This document shows positions 26,371 through 39,660 of a stretch of DNA of 64,000 nucleotides, one piece after another. The notes under the pieces are model-generated. The model worked only from the letters and a program-made list of their open reading frames with translations, had not been told where the DNA came from and did no database searches. The translations under genes and the position numbers were made by a program. Origin of the DNA: Hypanus sabinus (lineage: Eukaryota). Each line of letters starts with the position of its first letter. Within the stretch, counting starts at the first letter, position 1. The DNA lies in assembly GCF_030144855.1 (NCBI RefSeq), contig NC_082707.1:177754001-177818000 (forward strand), written 5' to 3'.

Positions 26371-27199
26371 GCACACTCCCTCACTAACTGCTCACAGGCC
26401 TTCCCACCAGGCACCGCCTGTCCATCTTTGGAACAGTCTCCATGTCCCAGAGTTGTAGTCCATTCAGAACACACAGAAACTGAGGAAAATAAGCCTTTCT
26501 CATTTAAATGGGGCAAGCTAAGGACAACGACAACAACTCTGGCATTCTGTGCTAATTATGTGGAATAGCAGATTGCATGATGAAATATTACTCCTTATAT
26601 TTTTAGGGCATGTATTAGATGCAGCTGAAGCACTAGTCTGATGAACTATGTACATCAGCCCATTCCACTAATTCATTATTTAATAGGATAATTACAAAGG
26701 AAATTAGCAATGAAATTACAGAACAGACATTACCCTTGGTACATTAGCCAGCTCTCTGATCCAAATAAAAATAACAGTTTTGCGATTCCCTAAATCTTGT
26801 TAATAGTAATGATTCATTTTAGGTTATTGCACGTGAACTGTAAGCACAGTAGAGGTGAATTAAACCACAAAGGTGAGGCTAACTAGTGAATTAAGCAAAC
26901 CAAAGTAATGTTGAACAACTGTCATTCCTTTCCCTGTCTGTGCTGACTCTACGAACAGAATTGGCAAACAAACCAATCAATCTCATTGATATTCCTACAT
27001 TTCCAGATTAAAACAAATCTTTCCCCTCAAACAAGAACCAGCAATTCAGACATCCTAGATAAAAGCTAAAGTTACCTGCAATATCATTAATATTATTTGG
27101 TAGTAAACTTAGCAGTACCATTTGAGGAGGTTCTGACAAAGTTTCCAATTAACAATCAGTATAAATAGAAACTAGCCAGCTCCATTTAGATCTCCCTCC

Positions 27200-28180
27200 T
27201 ACAGAGTGGTTCCAGAGGGTTGCCTCTCTGACTAGAAGGCCAGTGACTAATGAGTGCCGAAGAGATCGGTGCTGGGTCTGTTGTTGCCTGTCGTCTATAT
27301 CAATGTGCTGGATGATAATGTGGTTAACTAGATCAGCAAATTTGTGAATGACACCAAGACAGGGGGTGTAGTGGACAGCAAGAAAAGCTATCATGGTTTG
27401 CAGAGGGATCTGGACCAGCTGGAAAAATGGGCTGAAAAATGGCAGATGGAATTTAATGCAGACAAGTGCGAGGTGTGGCACTTCGGTTGGACTAACCACG
27501 GTAGGTCTTACACAGTGAACGGTTGGACACTGAGGATTACGGTAGAGCAAAGGGATCTAGGAATACAGGTCCATAATTCACTGAAATGGTCATAAAGAAA
27601 GCTTTTGGCGCACTGGCCTTCATGAATATAAGTACTGAGTACAGGAGATGGGATGCATGTTAGTTTATCAAAACATTGGTGAGGCCTAACTTGGAGTATG
27701 TGTGCAGTTTTGGTCACCTACCTACAGGAAACATATAAATAAAGTTGAAAAAGTACAGAAAAAATTGACAAGGATGTAGCCGGGTCCAGGTGACCTGAGT
27801 TATAAGGAAAAATTGAATAGGTTAAGACTTTATTCCTTAGAAAGCAGAAGATTGTGAGGAGATTTGATAGAGGTATGCAAAATTATGAGCATAGATAGGG
27901 TAAATGCAAGCGGGCTTTTTCCACTGAGGTTGAGTGGAACTGGAGGTCATGGGTTAAGGGTGAAAGGTGAAAGATTAAGGGGGACATGAGGATGTGGAAA
28001 ATTCTTCATTCAGAGGGTCATCAGAGTGTGGAACAAGCTGCCAGCACAAGTGGTCCATGGCTCTGGTCCTGGTGCAGGTCAATGGGAGTTTACAGTTTAA
28101 ACAGTTTAAATGGTTCACCACAGATTAGATGGGCTGAAGGGCCTGTTTCTGTGCTGTATTTTTCTATGACTCTGTGACTC
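27200..28180 (+). mobile_element. Decayed CR1 LINE 3' part
   Basis: DTKTGGVVDS, LQRDLDQLEKWAEKWQMEFNADKCEV, EQRDLGIQVHNSLK. Confidence 0.85.
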
Positions 28181-28489
28181 GTTGCAGAGTCTAATTAGAC
28201 CAATGTTACACGCATTAAGGTGGTCATGGACCTCAAATTTAGAGCATATAAGTTACAGGTCTTGGATGAAAAAGATATTTGCCAGAAAGATTAACTCTGT
28301 CTCTGTCTCCACAAATGCTAACTGACCTGGTCTGTATCTTTGACCCTTTCTATTTTATTTCAGATTTCCAGCATCAGTTTCATTTTGCTTTTGGAAAAAA
28401 ATGTCCTAATTGGTGCTGAAAACCACATGTTGAACTTTGGAAAAAAGAAATGCAGTATTGAAAATGGTTAAATACTTTTTATTTTATTT

Positions 28490-28720
28490 TATACAATGTG
28501 GAACAGGCCTTTGTGGCTCTTCAAGCCATGCCGCTCAGCAATCCCCCGATTTAAACCTAGCCTAATCATGGGACAGTTTACAATGACAAATTAACTGTGG
28601 GAGGAAACTGGAGCACCTAGAGATCACAGGGAGAACGTACAAACTTCTTACAGGCAATGGCAGGAATTGAATCGGAGTCACCTGTACTGTAAAGTGTTGA
28701 GCTAACCACTATGCTACCAT
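28490..28720 (-). mobile_element. V-SINE copy
   Basis: Homologous to 23690-23946 (A/B boxes, V domain). Confidence 0.6.
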
Positions 28721-29629
28721 GCATTTTAACAAAGAACTCAATATACAACATAGAAATGGGTCACTTAGTCCAACCAGTCTGGGCCACATTCTGTAGTTCT
28801 CTAATAAAACATTGTAATACTCCTGAGTCATAAAATGCTGCATTGTGACAGCTGATCTAATTTGCTTTGCACATGTCCTTCCAGCTTGCAAATGTTCAAT
28901 CATGTAAAACCCATACATACAAATAAACAACACACACAAAATGCTGGAGGAACTCAGCTGGCCAGGCAGTATCTATGGAAAAGAGTGCAGTCGACGTTTT
29001 GGGCCGAAACCCTTCGGCAAGACTGTTGCTTAGATTTCCAGCATCTGCCGATTCTCTCGTTTGTCATACAAATAAACATTTGGGAGACCCGTAGATGAAC
29101 TTGCCAAGTTCTGAGGTTGGAAACATGGTTCAAGGCCATGTTTCCAGCTTGTGAACAGCTCAGGTTATGAACAATTCACAGGAACAGAACCATGTCATTA
29201 GCTGGGGAGAACCTGTATTCCAATGTGTGCTGTAGCGTTTGGGCAAACAAAGCAACAACTGAGATGTTTCTCTTGGAGAAAGTAGCCTTTCAAATAGTAT
29301 GATACTTTTTGTGTGTATTGCGCAAAGGGGCAATCAGGGATTTAGCAATCAGACTCTGGAGAAAACACCAACCCATGACAGAGGTAAATTACTCTGCAAA
29401 TAGTGGGAGGACTTCCTCCGCTTCACCATACCTGCTACTTTGAATAACGTTAAACTCGCTCTGGCTGTATGCTTCTGTTTGACCGCTTGTTCAGGTTGAA
29501 ATAAAAATCATAAATGGCCTGCTTCAAAAAGCTAAGCTTCAAACCTATGTCTTGTCCATAACTGTGGCAATTGATTTTCATCACTGTCTATATCTACACT
29601 GATCATCAGATGAAACTTTATTTACTTAC

Positions 29630-29850
29630 CGATATAACCCATCGAGCCTTGTTGCCCCAGCAGTCCTACAACCCCGATTAACCCTAGCCTAATCATGGGC
29701 CAACTTACAATGACCAGTTGGCCTACATGGTATTTCTTTGGACTGTGGGAGGAGACCAGAGCATCCAGAGAAAACACACACGTTTCACAGGGAGGATGTG
29801 TAGAAACTCCTTACAGAACAGTGCCAGAATTGAACTATGAACTCTGAAGT
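29630..29850 (-). mobile_element. V-SINE copy, partial
   Basis: ctttggactgtgggaggagaccagagcatcc V-domain core. Confidence 0.55.
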
Positions 29851-29899
29851 GTTACAGTTACAGATACCGCAACCTGCCTGGATTGTAGGAGTGCTGTAC

Positions 29900-31160
29900 A
29901 GGTGAGAGCTCCACCTGTTGTCCCCATCTCTCACAGTTGTGGGCGAGTGCTCAGCTTGTGGCAAAGCTCTCTCTGGTCTGCTCTGCAATGTTGTCTATCT
30001 ATTTCTTCCTCTGCCCATTTTTCTTTTCCCCTTGCACTGTTCCCTGAAGAATGGTCTTTGAGAGTCCACTTGAGCTTGTTATATGGACATACTATCTCAG
30101 TTTTCTTTTCGTTACTGTGGACAGTAGATTTTCATATTGTCTCATGTGCTGGGTGATGGTTCTTTTTTCTTCATTGTTTGAGACATGGTCAGTATAGGAG
30201 ATGCTGAGGATCCTTCTGAAGAATCTCATTTCCACTGCCTGGATCTTCTTTTGCAGTTCTGCTGTCAAAGTCCATAATTCACAAGTATACAAAAAAATGG
30301 AGAGCACAGGTGTGTGCAGGAGTTTCAACTTGGATCTGAGAGTGATATTGTTGTCTCTCCAGATTGGTTTTAGGCTAGCCAGCGTTGCTGGTGTTTAGAC
30401 TGCCCTTGGAAGGGCTTCAGGCTTTGATTCTTCTTGGTTGATGGTGGGGCCAAGGTACTTGAACTGTTTGACTCTCTCTACTTCTTGTCCACTGACTTGT
30501 GATTTTTGCCATGATTAGATCCTCACTGTTTCTCATCAGCTTGGTTTTCACTGTGCTAATCTCCATGCCATATCTGCTAGGTGTATCGGCCAGATGGTTC
30601 ACAAGGCAGGCCAATTCATCCTCACTCCCTGCCAGCCCCCAATGTCATCAGAGAACCTGAGGTTGGTTATAATCTGTCCTGCGATGCTGACTGTGCTGAC
30701 ATGGTCTTCCAGAGCATCTGTTGTTACTTGCTCCAAGAAAATCTTGAACAATGTAGGTGAAAGGAGGCAGCCTTGTCAGACTCCAACTGATGTGTGGAAC
30801 CACTCTCCGCCTGTGCTTTACCGCACTAACAAGAGAAAATCTGCAGATGCTGGAAATTCAAGCAGCATACACAAAATGCTGGAGGAACTCAGCAGGCCAG
30901 GCAGCATCTATGGAAAAAAAGTACAGTTGACATTTTGGGTCGAGACCCTTCGGCAGTACTGCACTGTAGCTTTGGTGTGGACCTGCTTGATGGTTTGGAA
31001 CAGCTTCTGGCCCAGGTTGTATCTCTTCATTGTGGCCCAGGGTGCATCATGCCACACCCTATCAAATGCATTCTTGAAGTCTATGAACACGTGGAAGATG
31101 TCCTGCTGATGTTGGCTGTATTTCTCGCACAGTTCTTGGAGGCTGAATAACTCCGGTACA
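29900..31160 (-). mobile_element. 5'-truncated RTE-type LINE (second family), interrupted by a PLE tail at about 30828-30961
   Basis: LCEKYSQHQQDIFHVFIDFKNAFDRVWH, GVWQGCLLSP, YGMEISTVKTK, FLYTCELWTLTAELQKKIQAVEMRFFRRIL. Confidence 0.8.
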
Positions 31161-32289
31161 CCCAAAGCCGTTGTAGCGTCTTGCTAATGGCTCTGCTACC
31201 GTGGCGCCCAAACTTCTTCCAGTACATTCCTTGTAGGTGCTCTTCACCCGTCCCAAGTCAAAACTAATTGAAATTCTATTACCTCTTCTCCACATTTATT
31301 ACTCATAATAATTGAAGAGTAATTCTACTGCAAGGATGTAACATTTTCACAACCATACATACAAGTGCTCTCATTCACAAAGATTTCTCCTGCATCCCGC
31401 CACACCCCAGTTCCCTCTCTCATTCTGCCTTCCTTCCAGTCCCACTCTTTGCTTAGCCCATTCTTCTCTCAACTCTTTCTTTAACTCAACCACCCTCTCT
31501 TAGGTTTCTGCCCTCTCCTATTCCTTCTCCAGTCTTTCTCCACTTCAATTCCTTGTCCAGTGCTCTCTCCTAGATCTTCAGCCACCAATTATTCACTCTC
31601 TCCTGAGGTAAGACTACTTCATCCCTTTAACTATCACTGCATTTTACTGATCAGCCAGAAGTAAATGTTAATGCTACATACATAAAATGAGGAATTCTCT
31701 ATCATCACAGAATGAATGATGGAGAGAAGGGATTGTGTTAAAAAGGCTTCACTAAATGATATAGTAAAAATGAGTTGAATGGCCCATTCCAGCTTTGATT
31801 TCTTATGCTCTTTTTAAGTGTTCTATACTATCTCTAAAAGAAAACAGAGCTTAGCCAAATTGCAGGTTTATTAGAGAATTTCTTATTCACATAAGCTGTT
31901 ACTGTAACACAACCTGGGTGATAAAAGTACGTGTTTGGCCTTTAAGTGCTTTGTACAGTGGCAATGAAAGTAAAACTCCATTCTGTCACTGAAACTGCTT
32001 TTTAAAGTGTAGGAATTGATTTATTTCAGGATTGTGGCAACATTGTCAAATGGAGTAATGATACATTCCAATTTCAAGGCAATTGTAGCATCAACTTCCG
32101 AGTTAAGTATAAACCAAAAATATCACTCAGGTCAAGGCCAATTTTCCTTCTACAACATGAAAAATCTGCACTCAGTTCCACACCACAGCAGTGCAAGTAA
32201 TATCAGGAACCCTACTGCAAAAAAAATTTCCAAAAGGACTCTAACTAATTAACTATCACTGACTATCACTTGAGCCAAAGGATTCGGCA

Positions 32290-33585
32290 AAAATAAAGCT
32301 CAAAGTACATTTATTATCAATTTATATATATGCCACCATATTCAACCCTGAGATTCATCTCCTCACGGGCATACTCAATAAATTGACAGAATCTAATAAC
32401 CCTAACAAAATGAATGAAAGACTGCCCATCTTGGACGCTCAATCAAGACTGCAGAAGACAACAAACTACGCAAATAAAAAGAAATAATAAATAAGCGATA
32501 AATACCGAAAACATGAGATGAAGAGTCCTTGAGAGTGAGTCCGTTGGTTGTGGGAACATTTCGATGATGGGCCAAGTGGTGAGTGAACTTATCCCCACTG
32601 ATCCAAGAACTGAAGGTTGAGGGTAATAACTGATCCTGAATCTGGTGGTGTGAGTCCTGTACCTTCTTCTGAATGGCAGAAGTGAGATGAGAGCAAGACC
32701 TGGGTGCTGGGAGTACCTGATGATGGATGCTGCTTTCCTGTGACAGCATTTCATGTAGCTGTGCTCAATGGTGGGGAGGGCTTCACCCGTGACGGACTGG
32801 GCCATATCCACTACTTTTTTCATGCAAGGGCATTAGCGTCGCTGTTCCAGGCTGTGATGCAGCCAGTCATTATACTCCCCAGTACACATCTATAGAAATT
32901 AGTCAAAGTTTTAGGTATCATGCCGAATCTCCGCAAACTCTTATGAAAGTAGAGGCACTGCCATGCTTTCTTCACTCTTGCACTTAGGTGCTGGGCCTAG
33001 GACAGGTTCTCCGAAATAATAGCACAGAGGAATTTAAAGTTGCTGACCTTCTCCACCTCTGATGATGACTGGTTTGTGGATTTCTGGTTTCCTTCTCCTG
33101 AAGTCAATAATCAGCTCCTTGGTCTTGCTGAATATTGAGTAAGAGCTTTATTGTTATGGTACCACTCAGCCAAACTTTCAATCTCCCTTCTGTATGCTGA
33201 TTTGTCACCATCTTTGATTCGGCTTACGACAATGGTGTCAGCAGCAAACTTGAATATGGCACTGGAGCTGTGCTCAGCACCTGTGCTTATGGAGGACATG
33301 CTGACAATCCGAACTGAATGGGATCTGCAAGTGAGGAAATTGAAAATCTAATTGCACAAGGAGGTATTGAGGTCTTGGAGCTTATTGGTTAGTTTTTGGT
33401 ATTGATGCTGTAGTTGATAAAGGGCATCCTGATATATGCATCTTTGTTGTTCCAGGGTTGAGTGAAGAGCCAATGGGATGGCATCTGCTGCTGACCTATT
33501 ATGTAGACAGGCAAATTGGAGCAGATCCAAGTCGCTTCTCAGGCAGGAGGTGGTATGTTTCATCACCAACTTCTCAAAACACCAT
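32290..33585 (-). mobile_element. Rex-Babar-like LINE, 5'-truncated
   Basis: DLLQFACLHNRSAADAIPLALH, FKFAADTIVVSRIKDGDKSAYRREIE, CCHRKAASII. Confidence 0.8.
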
Positions 33586-34959
33586 GACTCAGGATGTAAC
33601 TGTTACTTGGCTATAGCTATTGAGGCAGAATTGAGGAAAATCAAGCAAATATGGTAAACCCTTGAGCTAGATTTCCAAACCAACATTTAAAAAAAATGCA
33701 GACAGTGGAAATCTGAATTGAAAGCAGAAAGATCTGGAAAAAATCTTGGCATTTTGGAAAAAGAAATAATTAACAATTCAGGTCAATAATCCCTCCTTAA
33801 TTATTTATTTTCACAGGTGCTGCCTGACCTGCCAAATTTTCCCAGCATTTCTACTTTTTTTTAATTCAAAAGATGTGGCTTTGATTTGTAGTAATTTAGA
33901 TAGTAGATAAAAAATATTTCGTTATTTTATTAAAATAATTCCTCTGAATATACAGCACAATTTACAATATTTATTGGGATTGTGCATATAGTGGAAGTTG
34001 CCTGCTAGACACGTTGATCTCACAAAGAAACTTAAAACAATTGCTTGGAGCTCCTCCCAGCATGGTTGATGGCAGCATGGTTTCCAGCAAGTAGATCATG
34101 ATAGAACAAAGTCACATAGTCTCCAGAGGCCTATCAGAATGTGCATGTTCCCTTCAGCCCCCAGAATAAAACTATACGTCCTAAGAATGCAAAGGACAGG
34201 TGGGCGTGCTTTCTGCTTCTGACTTTTGACAAGCAACAGCTGGAACTCAGGCCGATTACTTGTCCTTTAGTACTGATGCTGCTTGAATTTCACCCCAAGC
34301 ACTAGGAAACACCATTGGAGCATGATAAAACAAAATCTGACACCTCAATGGAAACCCTAGGGGAAATGACCTAAAGCTTGATTAAATAACATGTTACATG
34401 TGCAGAGCAAAGAAGTGGAGAGGTTTTCAGTAGAAATTACAGAAATTACCACAGGTCAGTGGTAGAGCAACCAAGAATGCAGAACCTAAGGTGCACAATT
34501 ATCTCTGAGGGTTATAGAAGTGTAGGAAATTAGCGATAGACAAGGATGACCAAGGAGGGTATGCAAACAAGAAAGAGAATTTTTAAATCAACAGATTGCT
34601 TAACTGGAAAGCAACGTATGTCAATAAGCAGTGGCATGATAATTAAACACAACTTGGTGAAAGGCAGCCATTCTTATGTCACGGACCCCTACTATTAACC
34701 AGAGGTCCGTGGACCCCAGGTTGGGAACCTCTGACTTAGGATGTGAGATGAACTTGCATGAAACCCTTGCAGCAACATGTGGATTGAGCAACCACCACAA
34801 TGACAGCACCAGATGTCAGGATCAAACTCTTGTAACTGGAAGCAACTCCACTAGCTGCACCATTGTGCCAACACCATCAGTGTTTCAAATTATCACCTAA
34901 CTATGCCTGAAATACTATGAGTACCTGTCTCTATTACCCTCAATCAAGTGTTCCACATT

Positions 34960-35880
34960 TCACTTATCATCTGACATATTTCTCAAACCACCTGTATTCT
35001 CATATCCATTACCTGAAGCCCTCTGCCAAGGAGAAATGTTTTTCACTTTGTACTTTATGGCCCTCGTAACTTTGTATACCTCAAGCATGTTTTCCCTCCT
35101 CCCACCCAGCTTTCTCCATTCCAAAGAAAAGAAACACAACCTGTCCAGCCTCTCCTCTTGGCTGAAATAGTCCATACCAAGCAATATCCTGGCGAACCTT
35201 CTCTGCTCCCCTTCGGTTCAATCATATCCTTCCTTAGCTCTGCAGACACTTCACTATATGTGCCTAAGTGTTTTATAAAATTATACCATCCGCTTTCTGA
35301 TCTAGCTATTGAAGGCAAGTATCATATTTTGCTTGTCTTGCTGTCTTCAGTGATATTTGCTATCATACACCACGTTTCTTGTTCTTTATTACTTCCTGAG
35401 TTCTACAATTCATACTATATAATGTAACCTTATTGTCCTCTAAAAGCATATCACCTCACGTCATCCATTGCTCAGCCCATCCTACCCCATAAACTTTTTA
35501 CAGCAACAATCTTAATGTCGTCTACTGATTTACTAATCAGACCTCCTCCATCAACATCTAGACTTTTAGTGTCAGTAACAAAGAACATCCCACCATTGAT
35601 CTCTATAATACACCATAACCAACATATTTTTAAATCACAAAATCAACCCTCAACCGATACCCCCGTCACCAAGCCAAACTGCCCTATATTCACTGGGTTC
35701 TATCCTTTTCCTCAGTCTCCCATGAGAGATCTTAACTGGAGTCCATTTAGATTCTATCAACCAAATGACCCTCAATGACACACTTTGTGACCTCCGAGAA
35801 AAAAAAATCAATTAAACCAATCATTCAGGACAATCTTTAACACAATCTCAACAACTTATCTGCGCCTCTCTGAAAGCAGA
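34960..35880 (-). mobile_element. Old CR1 remnant
   Basis: EERLDRLCFFSLEWRKL..MLEVYKV. Confidence 0.5.
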
Positions 35881-37568
35881 TTAGTCTTTCTCTTCAGAAC
35901 TTTTCCACTATTTCCCCCCCCCCCCACTTACATTAGACTAAATTGGGTCAACGCTATTGCAGTTTTTGAACAGAGGTACCAACTTTGCTGGTCCTGTCAT
36001 CTGGCATTTCATCCATGGTCAGAGAAGATTTGAAATTTTCACTTTGAGCCCCAGAGATTTATTTCCTTGCTTTTCATTCACTGATACATCTCATCAGGCC
36101 CTTGCGATTTATCCACCTTTAAGTTTGCTATACATACAGAATCCCTTCTGTTTCAATGCTAATTTGTTCCAGAATTCCCCCTCCAAATTTTCCAACTGCT
36201 ATGTACTCCACAGTAAATTCAAATCTCTGTAGAAAATACAGGTGAGAAATTCACCTTTGAGACCTTCTGGCTCCAAGCACAAATTGTGATTATGGTTTCT
36301 AATAACATATATGGCCAGTACAGCACAGGAATAGGTCCTTTGGCTCACAACATCTGTGCCAGTTACAATACTAATTCAAACTAATTCCATCTGCCTGCAC
36401 ATGCACTTGTCTAGTGCCAGTCAGCCTTCTCCCAAATCAGGACCTTAACCTCCAATTCATACTTGCTGCTCACAAGGACTTTCTCTGTAACTTGATTACA
36501 TGACTGCACTTCCAACTACTACTATCTGGAAACTGATGGTATACCACCATGTTTGTTTCTGAACTCCGTCCCGATAGTGTCTAGAAATATCCTCTCTCCT
36601 TAATCCAATAATGGACTGCTTGTTCAACATTGCAATTAATCTTCCTCATTAGCATATCATCTTCCCCACTAAGTTTCTAAACCTTGTAACGTTGTTTTGC
36701 TAAATCTGTTAACATACCTATAATAATCCTCCGTTCATTAGCCAGATTGTTATAATGGATGAAATCCAGCTTTCTACTCACCCCATAAACTTGAAACTTA
36801 GCTTCCCTTCTACATTTGGCTGTTTCTTACCTCCTATTCTGTATCCTACTTACCTGCCAAATTAGTTTTAAATTTCCACTTTGTCCCCTCCCCTCTCGAT
36901 ATTGAACCCATTCCAAATCAGGTGCATCCATTCTGGTTTGCACATTCCCTTTGTCTCACTACTATTTTTACCCTGATTTTTCAGACACTTCTTAAAACCT
37001 CTTTGATCATTCATCTGACCATCTATTCTGCATCTCTGGGTGGCGAACCTTCCAAATTAGCTTCCCAGCCTATTCTGCTTTAAACCCGTTTCACGGTTTT
37101 TTTTTCATTTTGACCACCTTGGAAAAATGAAGTTACTATCCTGCAAGCAAAGCACAAAGGCGTTGGAAAAATCTGTGGAGGGAAATGGACAATCGACGTT
37201 CAGGGTCGAGACCCTTCAATGTGGACTTTATCTGGACTACAGAGGAAGGATCTCGACCGTCCATTTCCCTCCACAGATGCATTCGGTGTATTGCTCCAGG
37301 TTCCAGCATCTGCAGCCCCCTCTTGTCTCCTTACTGTCCTGCAAATCCAGACTTTAAACACCAGGTACCAGACACCCACTTCCCGATAAGAAGCCCTGAA
37401 ATACAGGACTTCACTACATTACTAAGCTATAGTTCTGTTCCTCGCTATCAGCGGGTCTAGAGCTGCTTCACATCAACCACCTTTCACTCTAACGCCACAG
37501 GATATTGCCGCCGCACCTCTCCGCCACTGCCGTCGACATTTTAAAATACAATTTCCGTATCAACTTAC

Positions 37569-37592
37569 TTTCTCATGAAATATCGCCTCCAT
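37569..37592 (-). CDS. ATXN3: Ataxin-3 exon 1, coding part (MEAIFHEK)
   Basis: ACC-ATG-G Kozak context, 24 nt, followed by a GTAAGT donor; matches the ataxin-3 N-terminus and lies in a CpG-rich region. Confidence 0.96.
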
Positions 37593-37710
37593 GGTAGATA
37601 ATGGACCATCGTCCTGCGCGGCGTGATCCCGCCGGGTCAAACCCCGCGAACCAATCAGCGACCGGGACACGCACATTGGCGTCCTGACTACGTAAACAGA
37701 GTTAAAGAAG
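37593..37710 (-). promoter_or_regulatory. ATXN3 CpG-rich 5'UTR / proximal promoter with two CCAAT boxes
   Basis: High CpG density; CCAAT at 37651-37655 (+) and ATTGG at 37675-37679. Confidence 0.65.
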
Positions 37711-37897
37711 AGATGGGAAGCGGGTCTCCGCGCTGGGGACACGGTCAGCGATGGGAGGACCAAGCTCCGCACTGGGGACACGGCCAGGGATGGGCGGACC
37801 GAGCTCCGCGATGGGGACACGATCGGAAATGGGAGGACCGAGCTCCGCTCTGGGAACTGTAGGCGGCGGGTGGGGAAACCGAGCCCCACAATGGGGC
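37711..37897. repeat. 39-bp GC-rich minisatellite, about 4.5 copies
   Basis: Unit like ctggggacacggtcagcgatgggaggaccaagctccgca, starting at 37733, 37772, 37811 and 37850. Confidence 0.9.
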
Positions 37898-38639
37898 CAT
37901 TATCGTGATAAAAGCAGAGTTATGGCCTGTTTGGCGATGAAAACAGGATTCTGCCTTGGGAACACTTTCATTGATAGGAGAGATGAGCTCCGTAAATTTA
38001 AAAGTATTACCGGATATTATTATTCCAGAGATTCTCCGAAGGAAATGCGGTTTCAATAGTTTTGCAAGATTTGATTTGAACCCGTAAAACTCGGACCATA
38101 TTTGCAAATGGTTGTCAATGTAAGGTGTCAAATGTGAATGAATTCTTCTAATTATGTCATAATTCAAACTTACATCGAGGCGAGATAATTGTAAATACTG
38201 TATTTTTGAAAGACTGAGAACTATAACTAGGCTGGCATGCCAAAACACAGCGTGTCCTACCTACAGTACTGGAGTTCCTGATTTTCTTCAGCTAAGATAC
38301 TAAGTCTCAGTTTCAGATTTTTTTGTGGTAAAGACTATGATTTCTCCCTAATATTCTAGTCAGTATTGATCTCTCAAATATATTAATTGTTATATTGCCG
38401 ACTGTATAACCGTCCTCTGTGCAAAATAATTGTCCCATTTTATAGTTGCCCATTATAAATTTATTACGAGGTAAAATATTTAAATACTTCTTCAAATCCT
38501 TTTGAGATTCTCATAAGCACTTTCTCCCCTTTCAGCGTTGCTTACTTCAGTCAAAATAAACAGGAGGTAAATTTGATAAATAGAAAGTATGCTATTTACC
38601 GAATTTTTATATAAACAATGCCTGGTACACATTTCCTGT

Positions 38640-39660
38640 TAAGAAGTAATCTGATAGGAGAGTGGACCATGGGAGAAAGGGGTACCAGAGGAGAAGTGGT
38701 AAGAGACCAGTGTGGGGAATGGGAGGAGGAGAAAGAAAAAAAAGGAAAAGGAGAAATCAATACTTGAAGGCTACCTAGATGGAATATGAGGTGTTGCCCC
38801 TCCACTCATTTCGAGAGGACTGGAGTATAAAAGCAAGGATGTAATGTTGAGCCTTTATAAGGCACTGCTGAGGCCTCACTTGGAATATTGTGAGCAGTTC
38901 TGGGTCAATTAACCTAAGAAAGGATGTGCTCATATTGGAGGGGTTTCAAAGGAGGTTCACGAAAATGATCCCTGGATTGAAAGGCTCATCATCTGAGGAG
39001 CATTTGATGGCTCTGGGCCTGTACTCACTGAAATTCAGAAGAATAAGGGGGAAATTTTATAGAAATCTATCGAATGTTGAAAGGCCTCGATAGAGTGGAT
39101 GTGGAGAGGATGTTTCCTGTTGTGGGGAAGACCAGAGGGCATTGCCTCAGAATGGAGGGACATCCATTTAGAACAGAGATAAGAAAAAATTTCTTTAACA
39201 GAGAGTGGTGACTCAGTGGAATTCATTGCCACAGGTGGCTGTGGAGGCCAAGTCATTGATATATTTAAAGCAAAGGTTGAAAGATTTTTGATTGGTCTGG
39301 GCATGAAGGGATATGGGGAGTAGGTGTAAGATTGGGGCTGAGAGGGAAATGGATCAGACTCGATGGGCCAAGTGGCCTAATTCTGCTCCTACATTTTATG
39401 GGCACCCTGAGGGTGGCCTCATCACGGCGGAAAGGAGGGCATGGATTGACATGTCAGAACAGGAGTGCGATAAGAAATAAAATGGTTGGCCACCACCAAA
39501 AGCAAAATTTCCCAGTGGCCAAGCATTTTAATCAATGTCCCCATTCCGACTATCAACTGTTCATTCATTTTCATAGATACTGCCTGACCTGCTGAGTTTC
39601 TCCACCATTTTGTGTGTTGCTCTGAATTTCCAGCATCTGCAGAATCTCGTGTTCTTGATA
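38640..39660. mobile_element. PLE remnant interrupted by a CR1 3' end (CR1 about 38810-39402, plus strand)
   Basis: PLE sequence breaks at ccctcca (about 38800) and resumes at ccctgagggtggcctcatc (about 39405); the insert encodes LRKDVLILEGFQRRFTKMIPGLKG. Confidence 0.65.

Noticed and set aside
37711-37897. CRISPR-like array or coding repeat (ORFs 37623-37862 and 37751-38059)
   Set aside because: The units are contiguous with no unique spacers, the context is eukaryotic, and the ORFs arise from the 39-bp (3n) period and high GC content.
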